DNA of 63,007 nucleotides, counting the filler, from Hausera hauseri (lineage: Eukaryota), in NCBI GenBank assembly GCA_046269625.1. It is 12 parts of 12 records of this genome, joined end to end, with 100 filler letters (N's around TTAATTAATTAA, not from the genome) between each part and the next. Parts side by side here need not be neighbours in the genome. Positions count along the whole stretch, not along the records: positions 10,384 to 15,958 come from JBJURY010227518.1; positions 16,059 to 21,592 come from JBJURY010234851.1; positions 21,693 to 26,580 come from JBJURY010402701.1; 9 more parts are not named here. The stretch is one strand, 5' to 3'. Under the pieces are notes generated by a model that was not told where the DNA came from, made no database searches, and saw nothing but the letters and a program-made list of their open reading frames with translations. Shown one piece after another: positions 10,384 through 22,512 of this stretch (position 1 is the first letter of the stretch; each line of letters opens with the position of its first letter). The translations under genes and the position numbers were made by a program.

Positions 10384-13300
10384 CAAGAACTACAGCAATC
10401 TTGTGGGGACACGATTCGTGTCCGCGACCGCGGCACCACATCATCCTCCGTGGCAGAAGAGAAACTATGTAAAGGTGAAAAAGAATGATAAAGATAATAA
10501 GGATGAAAACAATGAATCGCAACAAAGGAACAATGTTTAGCGCCTATTCGGTTTTAGTATGGGTCAAGCGTTGTGTACCATCAAAGAACTTTTCTTTGCT
10601 CTAGGTGCTAAATGTCACTCTGCGTACCTTATTCGATTGATTTGTGCTAGGCTGTTGAGTGATACTTTCTGATGGAAGTTTTGTGAGATTATGTGGTTCA
10701 ATGTGTTGTATTTCTTGTGATGAAACTAATGAGGTGATGAAGAAAATAAGTCAAGAAAAAAGGTCATGCAATTGAAGGCTATGAAATAGTCCATGTAGGT
10801 TGAAGGTGTGTTGCTCCAGCCTAGTAGAACAAATGGTATAATGGACGTCCAATTACGATGTTGTCAACCCAGACTTTTAAAGAAATTTTCATTGTTCGAT
10901 GGAACCTTTCAAGGAGGCCATTCGCTTAAGGATGATATGGTGTTATATGGAAATGGGATATCCCCAAGTTATTAACAAGTGATTTAAAGTGTTCCGACTT
11001 AAATTGCAAACCTTCATCCGTTAATATGTTATGTGGGGGCTAAAACGACTGATCCAGATTTTTATAAAGGTGTCTGCTACTGAATCAGTGTTTTTTGAAC
11101 GAAGAGGAAAGGCTTCAGGCCAGCGAGAAGTACGATCCATCATCGTAAGGATATATTGATATCCGTTGTCAGAAGGTAAAGGACCAACGAGATCAAGATG
11201 AACCGTATGGAAACGTGGTGTAAAGGGAAATAGTAAAGCGGCGGTTTAAGGTGTTTGTTGATTTTATATTTTTAAAAGGCTAAGCATTCCTTAACGCAGC
11301 CCTGTACATCTTTGCGCATTGATGGCTAAACTACATGACGTTGAAGCAGGCGAAAGGTTGCTTTCGATCTCGGATTATGGAGTGAATTCGTATGAAGGAA
11401 GGCTGGCTTTTGTAAAATTGGAGTTAGAATGATCATTTTATTACCGGAATTCGACGTATCAACAGCAATGCCATCTATGATTTCGAAGGATTTGAAAGAG
11501 CTAAAGAATTCAGAAGACGGTTGATTGGCCTTCAAGACTTCGGATGAGAAATTCGGCTCAACTGTAATGGAGCCAACCGACTTCGATAAAAAATCTTCTA
11601 CCAAATTGTCTGTGCCTGAAATGTATTGTAAAACAAAACTAAATGTATGCAAGTATGATGTGTCGTTCTTGCCTCGGTGATGGCAGTTTTAACGACATGA
11701 TATGCAGGACAGGCTGGTGGTCAGTTTGAATAACAAATGTACGAGAGAGAAGTAAGTGTTTGAAATGTTTTACTGCCAAAACTATGGCGAGTAACTCACG
11801 GTCAAATGTAGAGTTGCAGCTTTCGGGTTGTGAGTTTTCAGGAGTAAAATTCTAATGGGTCGTCGACTCCACTAGAGATTTGATGTAGCACTGCACCGGT
11901 AGCTGTGGTAGAGGCATCGGTGGTAAGTATAAGATCTGCGTTGGGCTTTGGATAGGCTAGTATTTCGATGGTTTTTAGGCCTTGGCGTAGGTGATCGAAT
12001 TTTGTGATTAAATGAGGAGTCCAGTGTATTAACTTCCTCTTTTACCGGATGATAAATGTGCAAAAGTACTGTAAGCTCAGAACTATGCGGTACGTATTTG
12101 TAGATGAAGTTGAGCTTGCCTAAGAAACTTCTCATATCCGTGGTAGTCATTGGTAGCGTTGTATTTTAATTGTAGTCGATCCGGTTGTGGAAAGTGGCCG
12201 TGAGGAGTGATCACGTGGCCTGGGAAATTAACACGTTTTTGAAACAAATGACACTTGGAGAAATTGACTTGCAAATTGTTGTGATATAGTCTGTGAAAGA
12301 TAATACGAAGGTGTTCTTGATGTTTTTTAACAGATGTGGGGCATCTAATATGTCATCAATGTATGAACGAGCAAAGTCAAAGCCTGAGAAAACGGTATCA
12401 ATGTGTTGTTGAAAAGTTTGGGAGGCACTGTTTGCCAAATGGCATAAAGATATTCATAGAGGCCAAATGGACTAATAACAGAAGTTTTTGGAATATCATG
12501 AGGTGCAACCAGCATTTTATGATAAGCTTTATGAAAATCAATTGTGGAAAATGTATTAGTATTGGTAAGACTGTGCAGGATGTCCCTTATGAAAGATAAA
12601 GGGTAAGCATCCAGGGCTGTTAGGATATTTAACTGTCGATAGTCACCACATGGTCTGTAAGTGCCACTTTTCTTTGTTACTACATGAAATGGTGAAGTCC
12701 ATGGTGATTTTGATCTTCTAATAACACCAGCCTTTTCAAGTTCATTGAACTCTGATTCAACGGCTTTTCGCCTAAGAGTGACAGTGATCTGATCTTTTGT
12801 CTGCTAGGTCATTGGTATTCGGTGACTATATGGTGACAAGTTGTAGAAGGTGGCTTAAAGTTCATGTCATTTTTCAGGGTGCGGAAGCAGGAAGTTGTGA
12901 TATAGGATTTGAGATTGGAATCCATCAATGAGAATAATTGAGGCATATCATCAGAAGCGATAGTGGATGATATTGGCGAAGAACAACCGTAACTGCCACC
13001 ATCAACATTCCGTTTACTCGGTTGTTTTAAAACCGACTTAGATACATTTGATGTAATGAAAGAAATGGAGGAATTACTAAATGTACCGTTATTAGCCGAC
13101 GAACAAGTTTTCAAATTCACACGCGAGTTGACAACCGAAAACAACGGAGAATCTACTGGGCTGTTTGGTAGATATTTGTTGGCATTCACGACAGAGTTTC
13201 TGCGCAGCAGACAGCGATACTTGCAGTCAACTAAGAGATCATGTGCGGCTGGAAAATCTGAGCCGATTATGGGGATTTAATATTAGCCACGTGGAATTCC

Positions 13301-13622
13301 AGACAAACTTATCTGGCAAATTGACGAATGTGAAAATCAGTTCCGTGGTACCTGTGATGTGCAACGGTTGACCACTGGCAGTGAAGAACGGTGGAGAAAA
13401 AACCATAATGGATGTAGAAATGAAGGACAAGGGAAGGAGCGAAAAGGTAGCTCCTGAATTGATAAGGAAGTCGATATGTGAAGCATTGTTAGGGAGCAAT
13501 GCAGTTTTCAACAGAAAAACTGCAGAAGAGGTGTTAAGACTGCCAGACAATTAAGCCGTATTGCCTATACCAGAATGTGCCGTGGCATCTGTCGGCGTTT
13601 TTAGCAGGGTAAATGGGAAGTC
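10384..13622 (-). mobile_element. Ty3/Gypsy retrotransposon (CsRn1-like), decayed: protease, RT, RNase H, integrase, PPT and start of the 3' LTR
   Basis: HIDFLINSGATFSLLP; RPCGDYRQLN; SYIDD; integrase HLDLVGPLP, WPEAFPL, NGLLERFHRTMK (about 10880-11210); PPT-LTR junction GGAGGATGA-TGTGG at about 10450-10436. Confidence 0.93.
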
Positions 13623-13629
13623 GGCCTCA

Positions 13630-14390
13630 CCCCCGAAGTTGTGCGCATAGATAAATCGATAGTGCACATGTACTGATATATAGTGCACACGGAACACTAT
13701 CGATAGGTATTGTGCTAGGAGACGGTTCCGCTAGGCACCGTTGCTAAGCACATTTTTCACATATGACAAATCGATCGCTGAATAGTGCAATATTGATCGA
13801 GTTGATCGGAACAATGTGCTAACCTATAGTGCACATCAGTGCGCATCGATTGGTGCACAGTGAATGTGTGCAGCACATATGAAAGTGTGCAATAATCAAT
13901 AATATCGTATTTCCGATATTCCAAATGTTGATTATTGAAGCACGCAACGGGTGCAATCGAAAGCACACATGATGGACTGTGTATGTGCAGTTAGAATTTA
14001 AATATACTGATTGGATTTCGAATAATTGCCAATTGGGCAGACTTCCCATAGGCCTTTCCGCTATAAATTGAAAATCAATAATATCAATATGGCACATATA
14101 CCGGCGGGTACAGTACTTGATGTACTATCGATAAGTGCAATACTCGAGTCAATTGCGCTCTTGGATACGGTTGCCAAGACACTTTTTCACTTTTCATATA
14201 TTGGTCACTGTGCAGCGTAGGATTGATGGAATCGATCGGGGTCAAGTGCAGGTAGATAGAGCACATCGAGATACACCTTGATATATACTGTGCAGTGCGA
14301 AATCACGTGCAATTGTGCAAAAATCAATAATATCGGATTTCTGATATTTCCAATATGGATGATTGGGACATGTGACTGGGTGCAATCGAT
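13630..14390 (+). repeat. Second copy of the Polinton family A terminal region (about 428-bp subrepeat; hairpin at 13722-13741)
   Basis: Colinear similarity to 15-766, e.g. ATAGTGCACATCAGTG, GTGCAGTTAGAATTTAAAT, GGGTCAAGTGCAG.TAGATAGAGCACATCGAGAT. Confidence 0.6.
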
Positions 14391-14403
14391 TGGAATTACT
14401 ATG

Positions 14404-15958
14404 CAAAAAGTCAAAGACAGCGGTCAGTTGATGCTGCAGCATTAAAGAAAAAAATGCCGCAAATATGTCATTGTGCAACTGGTCAAACAACCATCAAGGA
14501 GTTCCTGGAGTGCATAGAGGAAGAAACAGAGGGGATTCTCCAGGACAACATAGCTGAGCTCAAGGCCTTTAAGGCTAATATGAAACTTGAGGCCACATAC
14601 GTCAATGTTGATGACGAAGAGTCCAAAAGGGCCTTCAAGACCAGAAATGGTCCCATTTTTGAAGCCACCAATATAGTAGAATGGTTGCATGGAGAGCATG
14701 CAAAGCTGATCCGTGAAGCCGATGAGAACCAGAGTAAGAAGAACGGATGGACTCCGGAAACCATCACAAGATTGCTTGTGTGTGTTCACAAGTACTTTCC
14801 CATGCGGCGCAGTTCTTATGTTCAGCTCCCTGATAGGATCGCTAATAATAAAGCATGCACAAATGTCCTCAATGATGACAACATGTGTTTCATGTATGCC
14901 ATTCTATCAAAACTCGTGCCTGATCAAAATAATGCTTCACGAGTTTGGCTATATATAAATGTGCAGCACAAGTATAACTTCCAATGTATCAAGTTCCCGC
15001 CATCCATAGATGAAGTCAAGAAGTTCAGTCTCATCAACAATATATCCATCAACATCATTGGATTGGATGATGAGGACAAATTCTATTCCTTGCAGATATA
15101 TGATAATGTATTGGAAGATCATAGGGATCTGCTTCTACTAGACGATGGAGAAAAGAAACATTATGTTTGGATCAAGAACTTTTAACGCCTACTCAGATCC
15201 CAAATTACGAAACATCATGGACAAATAGAAATATGTAAACAATGCTTATCCCATTTCAGAGATGATTCAGCAGTGGACAGGCTTGCAGAGCACAAAATGT
15301 ACTGCAGCAACAATTACTGTATCAGGCCAGAATTCCACAAAGAGGGTTATATCGAATTCAAGGAGTTCGAGAAGAAGATTAAGGTCCCAATAGTTTTCTA
15401 TTGTGACTTTGAGGCGATCCTTCGTTCAGTTCAGAGTTGCACTGCCAATTCCCAACATAGCAGTACAATGGCATACCAATATCATGAATTTTCATCATAT
15501 TGCATATATGCCAAAGGACTGGACAGTGAAACATTTTCTATTCAGAGGGCCAGGTGCAGCACCACATTTCATGAAGAGACTGGAAGATATGTCTCATAAG
15601 TTTGGAAACATGCTTCCGCAGCATAAGGATACAATGAGCATGTCGTGGAAACAAGACGATGAATGGCGCAAGGAAACAACATGTTACTTGTGCGACAAGT
15701 CCTTTACCAAGGAAAATTGGAAAGTCAAGGATTACTGCCATTTGCAGGTGCATATCGAGGAGCAGCACATAATAACTGAAATCTTCGCTGCTAAACATGC
15801 ACATATGTGTTTGTAGTGTTCCATAATTTCAGTGGTTATGATTCCCATTTCATAGTCCGAGAATTAGGCAACATTGATGGTAATATAGATGTGATGTCAA
15901 ACAGTGAGGAAAAATACATCACTTTTACAAAGCATATGTGCCGCATCAGACTTCGCTT
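14404..15958 (+). mobile_element. Polinton family A pPolB fragment (terminal-protein region, vOTU-like region, exonuclease); decayed
   Basis: ORF 14454-15185 closely parallels 2342-3007; FYCDFEA; CYLCDKSF..KVKD; FHNFSGYDSHF. Confidence 0.92.
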
Positions 15959-16058
15959 NNNNNNNNNNNNNNNNNNNNNNNNNNNNNNNNNNNNNNNNNN
16001 NNTTAATTAATTAANNNNNNNNNNNNNNNNNNNNNNNNNNNNNNNNNNNNNNNNNNNN

Positions 16059-19000
16059 CTGTTCGTAGTCGATCGTGGAGAGTCGCACCTATATATTCTC
16101 TAATTGTCCGGAATTGCCTTTCCACTATGCCATTGATGTTGTGATGATATGGGCTGGAATAGCATATTTTGATGTCCATTGACGCCGCCATATCTCTATA
16201 TATCTTAGATTCAAATGCTTTTCCGCAATTTGTGTGTATCTCTTTCGGTAACCCGAATTTGAGAATCCATGTCTTTAGCACGGAGTCTTTCATTGTAACT
16301 TCGTCCTGTTTTCCTATTGCTGACAGTGATATTTATCTGCTAAACTGGTCTATGATGGCCAACATGTATTTTTTCTTCTTCCAAGTTTCTTTCAATGGTC
16401 CACAAATATCAATTTAGATCTTCTCGAATGGTTCGTTTGCCGAGAGTCTCAGGGTCTCTTCCTTCGTAACCGATGTCATGTTCTTGTTTCGCTGACATGT
16501 CTCACAGCGTCCAATCACTTCCTTGACGGTGTCTTTCATAGTTGTCATATCGTAGTTATTGCTTATGTATTTTGTTACTTTTTCTATTTCGGCATGGGAT
16601 AGCATGGTGTGGCATTGCTTTATCATTTCTCCCCTCTTATCCGTTGGTATCCATATCTTGCCTGTTCTTGCTTCACTATGCCATTTTTTACTATGAATTT
16701 CCAATGCTCTTTCTTTGAGATGTCTTCCTTTATTTTTTCAATTTCTTTGCTGTCATTTTGATATGGATATGCTTCTGTCTATTCTACTGTGTTTATCCTC
16801 CCAGTCTCGATCTTACGCGTTTTGGCATTTTTGTGAGCTAACATGTATTGGCTGTATGTGCCGCAATTGGTTCGGGATAACATGTCGGCGTTTGCGTAAT
16901 CTGTTCTTTTCATGTATTCCCGTCTTATGTCTAGACTTGATAAATAGTTTATCCAGGTTTTAAATTATGCCGTTATCGGCCTTTTTGTTTTTAACATGAA
17001 GGTTATGGCCTTGCGATCCGTCTACAGTGTAAACCTTCTCCGACACAAGTAATTATTAAAATCTTGACAGAAGTAATACATAGCCAGCAACTCCTTCGTG
17101 TTATGCAATAGCCCTTTTCGTGATTATTTTCGTTACTTCAAATGCTTCGTTGCAAGACTCGGTCCATACTAGTTTTTTGTTGCTCAGTCCGCACAGCTTT
17201 TGTGGCATGCCCTTGAATAAATTTCCTGTAGTAATTGCAACTCCCTAAAAAGTTTCTCATATTTTTACACATTTTGGTTTCTCGAACGATTTGATGGAGT
17301 TCAACTTCAATGGATCCGTTTGTATGCCTTTGTTATTTACAATGTGTCCCAAGAATTTTACCTCCTTTTTAAAGATGTGGCATTTCTCTGGGTTTATTCT
17401 TAGTCCCGACTTTTTGATTCGATCTAGTACTTTCTCTGGTGTTATGTAATGTTTTTCTAATGACTTCGAAAAGATCAATATATAGTCCAGGTATAGTATA
17501 GTTTGTTCCATATCTCCCTGTACTTTGGTCATCAGTTCTTGGAATGTACCCGGCGCTGCTGCAATACCAAGAGGCATTCTGTTGAAATAAAATTGTTCCT
17601 GTTTAGTCGATAAAGCTGTTTTCAACTTGGATTCTTCCTCCAGTTCGAACTGGTAGTATGCGTTTTCTAGATCGATTGATGAGAAATACTTTGCCCAATA
17701 TAATTTATCCATTATTTCCATTATATTTGGCATGGGGTATGCTTGTCTTTCTGTGACGAGGTTCAGCTGTCTAAAGTCTAGACAAATTCTGACATCGTTT
17801 TTCTCTTTCTTTCAGACGCAGATCATCGGAGTATTCCAAGTAAATTACATTTCTTGATAATATTGTTTTCCCATTCGTTTTGAATGGTCTTATCTATTTT
17901 GCTTTCTAGATTCACTGGCTGTCTATGCGGTTTGATGTTAATTGGTGCAATTTTGTGTCTATTCTATGCTTGTTCAATGTTGTACAGTCGATATCCCATT
18001 TGTCCGCCATGGAGACTTCTTGGTTCTTCCGGACTATGTTCAATACGACTGTATTTTCGTTTATCTTCAAAATCTCCTCCGCTCTTTTAAATCGTTCTTC
18101 ATTAATCACTTTTCAGCCAAATTTTGCTTCTTAGTTGCATACACTATACCTTTGTTCCTCTCCGTCTTTCTGTCTCCAACTTAATTCGATTTCAAAAGTC
18201 TTTTGTAGTTCCATTCCTCCTATTATTTCTGGTCATATGTCTGTCACTACTATGAAAGTTACGCGCTTCTGTACTCCCTTGAGTTCCACCTTTATGGTCA
18301 GTTCACCCATGCAGTCTGGGGAGCTACCGTTTGCACAAAGGAGTATGATATGTGATTTCTCTAGCCGAAAATCTGGCAATCTTTCAAAAATCTGCCTACT
18401 CATCACGTTCACCGGTATCCCTGTGTCTAATAGGCAGTCTTCCCATCTATCTTGTACCTTTATTTTTATACCTGGCCGTCCTTATAGTTTATCATACGTG
18501 TTACTTTTTTACGACAGTCCTTCCATGGAAAAAATCCTCTCTTCATGGAAGCTCTCGTTTTGACTTTCTGTAAATCGTACTTCTTTGTTTCTGTTCCCAA
18601 ACATTTTCTTTTTTATGAATCTCCGTACCTTTTCCTCTGTTCTTTCCTTCATTTCTTCAATACCTTGTCCTTTCCTTTCAATATTTTGGGAGCCTTTGGA
18701 TTTGTTTAATGTAATGCCCCGACTAGATCCACTTCTGTCGAGGCTCTGCCTTTTGGGTTTGTCGATTCTGTGATGGATTCTTCATAGTGCTCATCAATAT
18801 TTGCAACGTATGCGTGCCTGCTGTTCACTCTCTCTCCATATCTTTTCTGACCATACCCCGCACGTTTGAAATTGTCTGTATACGTATTTTGTCCTCTTCC
18901 GCTTTTATCCAGTTTTGTATAGCACTCTTGTTCCCTGTGCCCTCTATTGTGGCATCTATTGCATTTTATGTTTCTGCAATTTCGTCTTATGTGTCCTTGC

Positions 19001-19210
19001 TGACCACACCCATAGCATATTATGGGTTTCCTTTCCGGGCAATTCCTGTTAATGTGACTGTTGTGCCCAACAAAGCCATGCTCCTTTGTAAATACACTGT
19101 TAATGTTTTCTCATGTTTTGTTAATTGTCCTTGTTTATTTGTCTTCGCAGTTGCCGACAGGTTGGTGCACTTTTGTCACTTTTGCCTCGTCTTGTTGTCT
19201 ATGATAAATT
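16059..19210 (-). mobile_element. Ty3/Gypsy retrotransposon of a second family, decayed: gag, protease, RT, RNase H, integrase
   Basis: Protease DCLLDTG (about 18410-18440); RT SIDLENAYYQ, RMPLG, YLDY(D)ILIFS, EKCHIFKKEVKFLGH; integrase zinc finger H-x4-H...CETC, core FGLPKEIHT, SSPYHHN.NGIVERQFRT. Confidence 0.92.
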
Positions 19211-19214
19211 CGAC

Positions 19215-20115
19215 CTTGAATCATCGGAAACTCATTTAATAATCCTTGAAGAACAGTTTCATATGTGTTGAACATGATTCTAATTCTAAGCTCAAAAGCA
19301 TAATGAAAAATAAAATCAACCAAATTGCCGATTCGGGTAAAAGTGACAGGGCCATCGAATAAACAACAAATCCCAAAGACCAGAATCGAAAAGCTGAGAA
19401 ACGTCGGTAGTATTTGTTATTTGAGTTTTGTAGCCGAATATTCAAAATATAGCGAAAGCTCCATAAAAACCAGTCATACAACAAATAACCGGAATAATAT
19501 TGTGAAATTTATTAAAAGAAGCCATTACAATTAAATCACCCCAGGTAGGACCGAGAGAATAAAATTTTTGTGTTGCAGCTGTAACCCAAACTTTAACTCC
19601 CAAAAGTGTTTTCCAATTCAGAACGATATAATATTTAATACCCTTCCAAGAGCCCGGCAAAAGAGATCCTTGAATAATTATTACAGTCAACAGAATATAA
19701 GGCATAACAGTAGTGACATATGATACCTTCCCGATGGTGTAAATGTACAGAGTTGAGAGTTTAATTTTCATTAGTTCTGTATGGCTGTGAAGTAAACTTC
19801 GACTTTTGTACACTTCATAAAATGGTCCTTGTATTGAAAGTTTTATTTGATGGAAGTAATATCCTCTTAACATTATTATCAACCGATAAAATTGAGGAAA
19901 TAACAAGTGCACAATCTGACTGTATGTTTCTGACGTGCATGTATTTTGATGGATATAGGATTTTAATGACAAATTTGGTGTGACAGATGAGGTTCATGAC
20001 GGTCTGTATTTCTATAAGCTAAATGAAAATACCGAATGTTGTCTCACCAAAAAGAGTTGACTACCACCAAAACAATAACACCAATGGTAGAAGCAAAGAT
20101 CGCCGGAAAATGTTT
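19215..20115 (-). pseudogene. SLC6 (Na+/Cl- neurotransmitter or amino-acid transporter) fragment, frameshifted
   Basis: GKVSYVTTVMPYILL, LPGSWKGIKYYI, VWVTAATQ.FYSLG..WG.LI.MASFNKFHN, LPESAIWLILFFIMLLSL, ETVLQGLLNEFP. Confidence 0.85.
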
Positions 20116-20218
20116 AGCTTGTGGACGCAGAAAAACGTACAATTCAACACTACAGAACTGTTTTTTGGTGTCAAAAATTTATTAAAAATATCTTTCTTTT
20201 AAAACTCTCGATATGTAA

Positions 20219-21592
20219 TTATTGTGGCAAAACTTTACATCGAACAATAATCGAATCATTTTTAATGAAACCTGGTATCATATGCATTTCGACATACGAT
20301 TTGTGGTAGAAAAATCCATCGGAACAATCATTTTCCTTTCTGTATGGACGGTTGTAAGCCTCTTTAGCATTCTCCATAAAATCCTCAATATCGTCGTCCT
20401 CATCGTCGTCCACAATTTTATCATTGACCATTATTATTGGAATACCCATAACTCGAATATTACCATCCATTGTGCATTTTTCACAGAAATTGTTTATTCG
20501 AATATCCACAGACTGGCGACTAAGTTGTCTAGATAAAATACATTCAAGAGTGTTCTGATTGACTATATCTATTTGAATAGTTCGTTGCATTGGCCATTGT
20601 AGAAGGTCATCATATTTCCCTTTCATCAATGAAACTCCAAACCAAACTCCAACTGTTTCATCCGTACCAAAACGAAGTCTCAATTTGTATCCATTCTCAC
20701 AGGCATCACTGAAGAATGGTTCACTGACGTGCCATTCCTTTTTGTTGTATTTCATGGAGATGTCATGGATTTTCCAGTAGAAGTCATTTTGATTTTTTGA
20801 ATTGCTGCTTGAACGTTTGTTGGGCTCGGTGATTTGTGTCGTTGAATTTTGATCTTGTTTGCTTTCCAATGTGGTTACTTTCTTTTTTAATATTAGCACT
20901 TCAGCCTAAACAGAAAGTAACACAGGTTATCGATAAAATGTCTGAACCTGATGGCGGTCCAGTTCCATTTCGGTTCTGGTTTTGTTTTCCATGACTAATG
21001 CTGTTAGAGAATCGAGACATTGCTTAACAAAATGTTACCATAAATTTTTTGACAAATATAAAATTTTAAAAAGCTCGATATTTGACGTTGTCACCAATTA
21101 GATAGAAAGTATACATGCCACTAAAATGATTTCACAAACCTCAATAAATTCTGGAGAACTACAAAAATGTTACCTCACTATTCCTTTGCTCATCACCTGA
21201 GTATACTTCAATGTTTCTCTTTCTGAAATCTTCTGTCCTCATGCCATTTTATATGACAATTATAGACATGTGATATGTCAATTTTTGATTATGAAAATTT
21301 TGTAATTTTACATGAAAATTATATATTAAATGTCACACACAGTTTATACATTGGTAATAGAAATTCGCTCATATATATAAAACACGACATGTATTCTTAT
21401 TGACAAAAAACAGAATTCAATATTTTTGAAAATTTATTTAGTACATACTTATTTGACTAACCTTCAACGAATCCAAAGAACACAACTCATCATCTGTTTG
21501 ATTCTCATTCAATGTGGAATTACTATCATCAGCGTTATGTTGTCCTGCAGCACATACATCCATATGGTGGGGTAATCTTTTCAACTGGCATT
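20219..21592 (-). CDS. TRAF-family MATH-domain protein; 3' exons of a spliced gene (last exon 20905-20219)
   Basis: FYWKIHD, SEPFFS..GYKLRLRF, SLMKGKYDDLLQWPM, GFIKNDSIIVRCKV. Acceptor TTTCTGTTTAG at 20906 with a ~42-nt candidate intron; upstream coiled-coil exon and a zinc-finger-like LPHHMDVC near 21560. Confidence 0.85.
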
Positions 21593-21982
21593 NNNNNNNN
21601 NNNNNNNNNNNNNNNNNNNNNNNNNNNNNNNNNNNNTTAATTAATTAANNNNNNNNNNNNNNNNNNNNNNNNNNNNNNNNNNNNNNNNNNNNATTATGAT
21701 ATGAGTCAATACTCACAAGGTAAATGTCTATTGTTTACAATAAAAACAAACCGGTATGAACAAATTTGATGTAAATATGGATGCAATTTCATTTCACGTT
21801 TGTCTTCTTTAAACAATGTCTTGTAAAAACAATTCAGCAAATGACAGTTCCGCGAGTCTCTCAAAAAAGCTACGGTACAGCGAATATTCGTTTAGAAATT
21901 CTCGGTTGTATGATGGATACAATTTACATTATCTGCGCAACGCTATTTAATTTCCATTGACGCAAACGGTTAAATCAAACCG

Positions 21983-22201
21983 GTGAAATATGGACTATTA
22001 ATGAAAAAGATCAGCGACGATGATTTGGATACAATGAAAGACACAATTAGAAAGGTTGACAGTGATTTGGTGTTGACTATCGATATCCGAGACACATCGC
22101 CGATTTTTCTCAAAGGAAATATGGCGAAATTGTCAGTTCACATGGCGGAGAGACAGCAGCAAAAGCAGTTTTGCCAACGGAAGGAGCTAAAGGCCATCTA
22201 A
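21983..22201 (+). CDS. Hypothetical ORF convergent with family B pPolB, possibly a Polinton accessory gene
   Basis: 72 codons; separated from the pPolB stop by an AT-rich stretch containing polyadenylation-like hexamers; no motif. Confidence 0.25.
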   Translation: MKYGLLMKKISDDDLDTMKDTIRKVDSDLVLTIDIRDTSPIFLKGNMAKLSVHMAERQQQKQFCQRKELKAI

Positions 22202-22512
22202 CACTGAAGTTGAAAGGATACAGGGATCTGCATGGTGTTAAATCAACAATATGTAACCTCGGAAAATTTGCGCTATGACTTACTTTGTTTTTAATTTTAG
22301 CTTATGATTAATAAATTTTATTGATTTTGTTCTTGATTTTGTTTCTCGTCACATTAAGTTAAATATATAAATTATATAGATAAATTAAATGAAAATAAAG
22401 CAAAAGGCAAAAACAACGAACAATATACATCATTTATACCAAACACTCAAATCACAATAAGTTATCACAGTAAATGGGTCACTTTTATCTGTCTGTATCA
22501 TTAGCACCGAAT

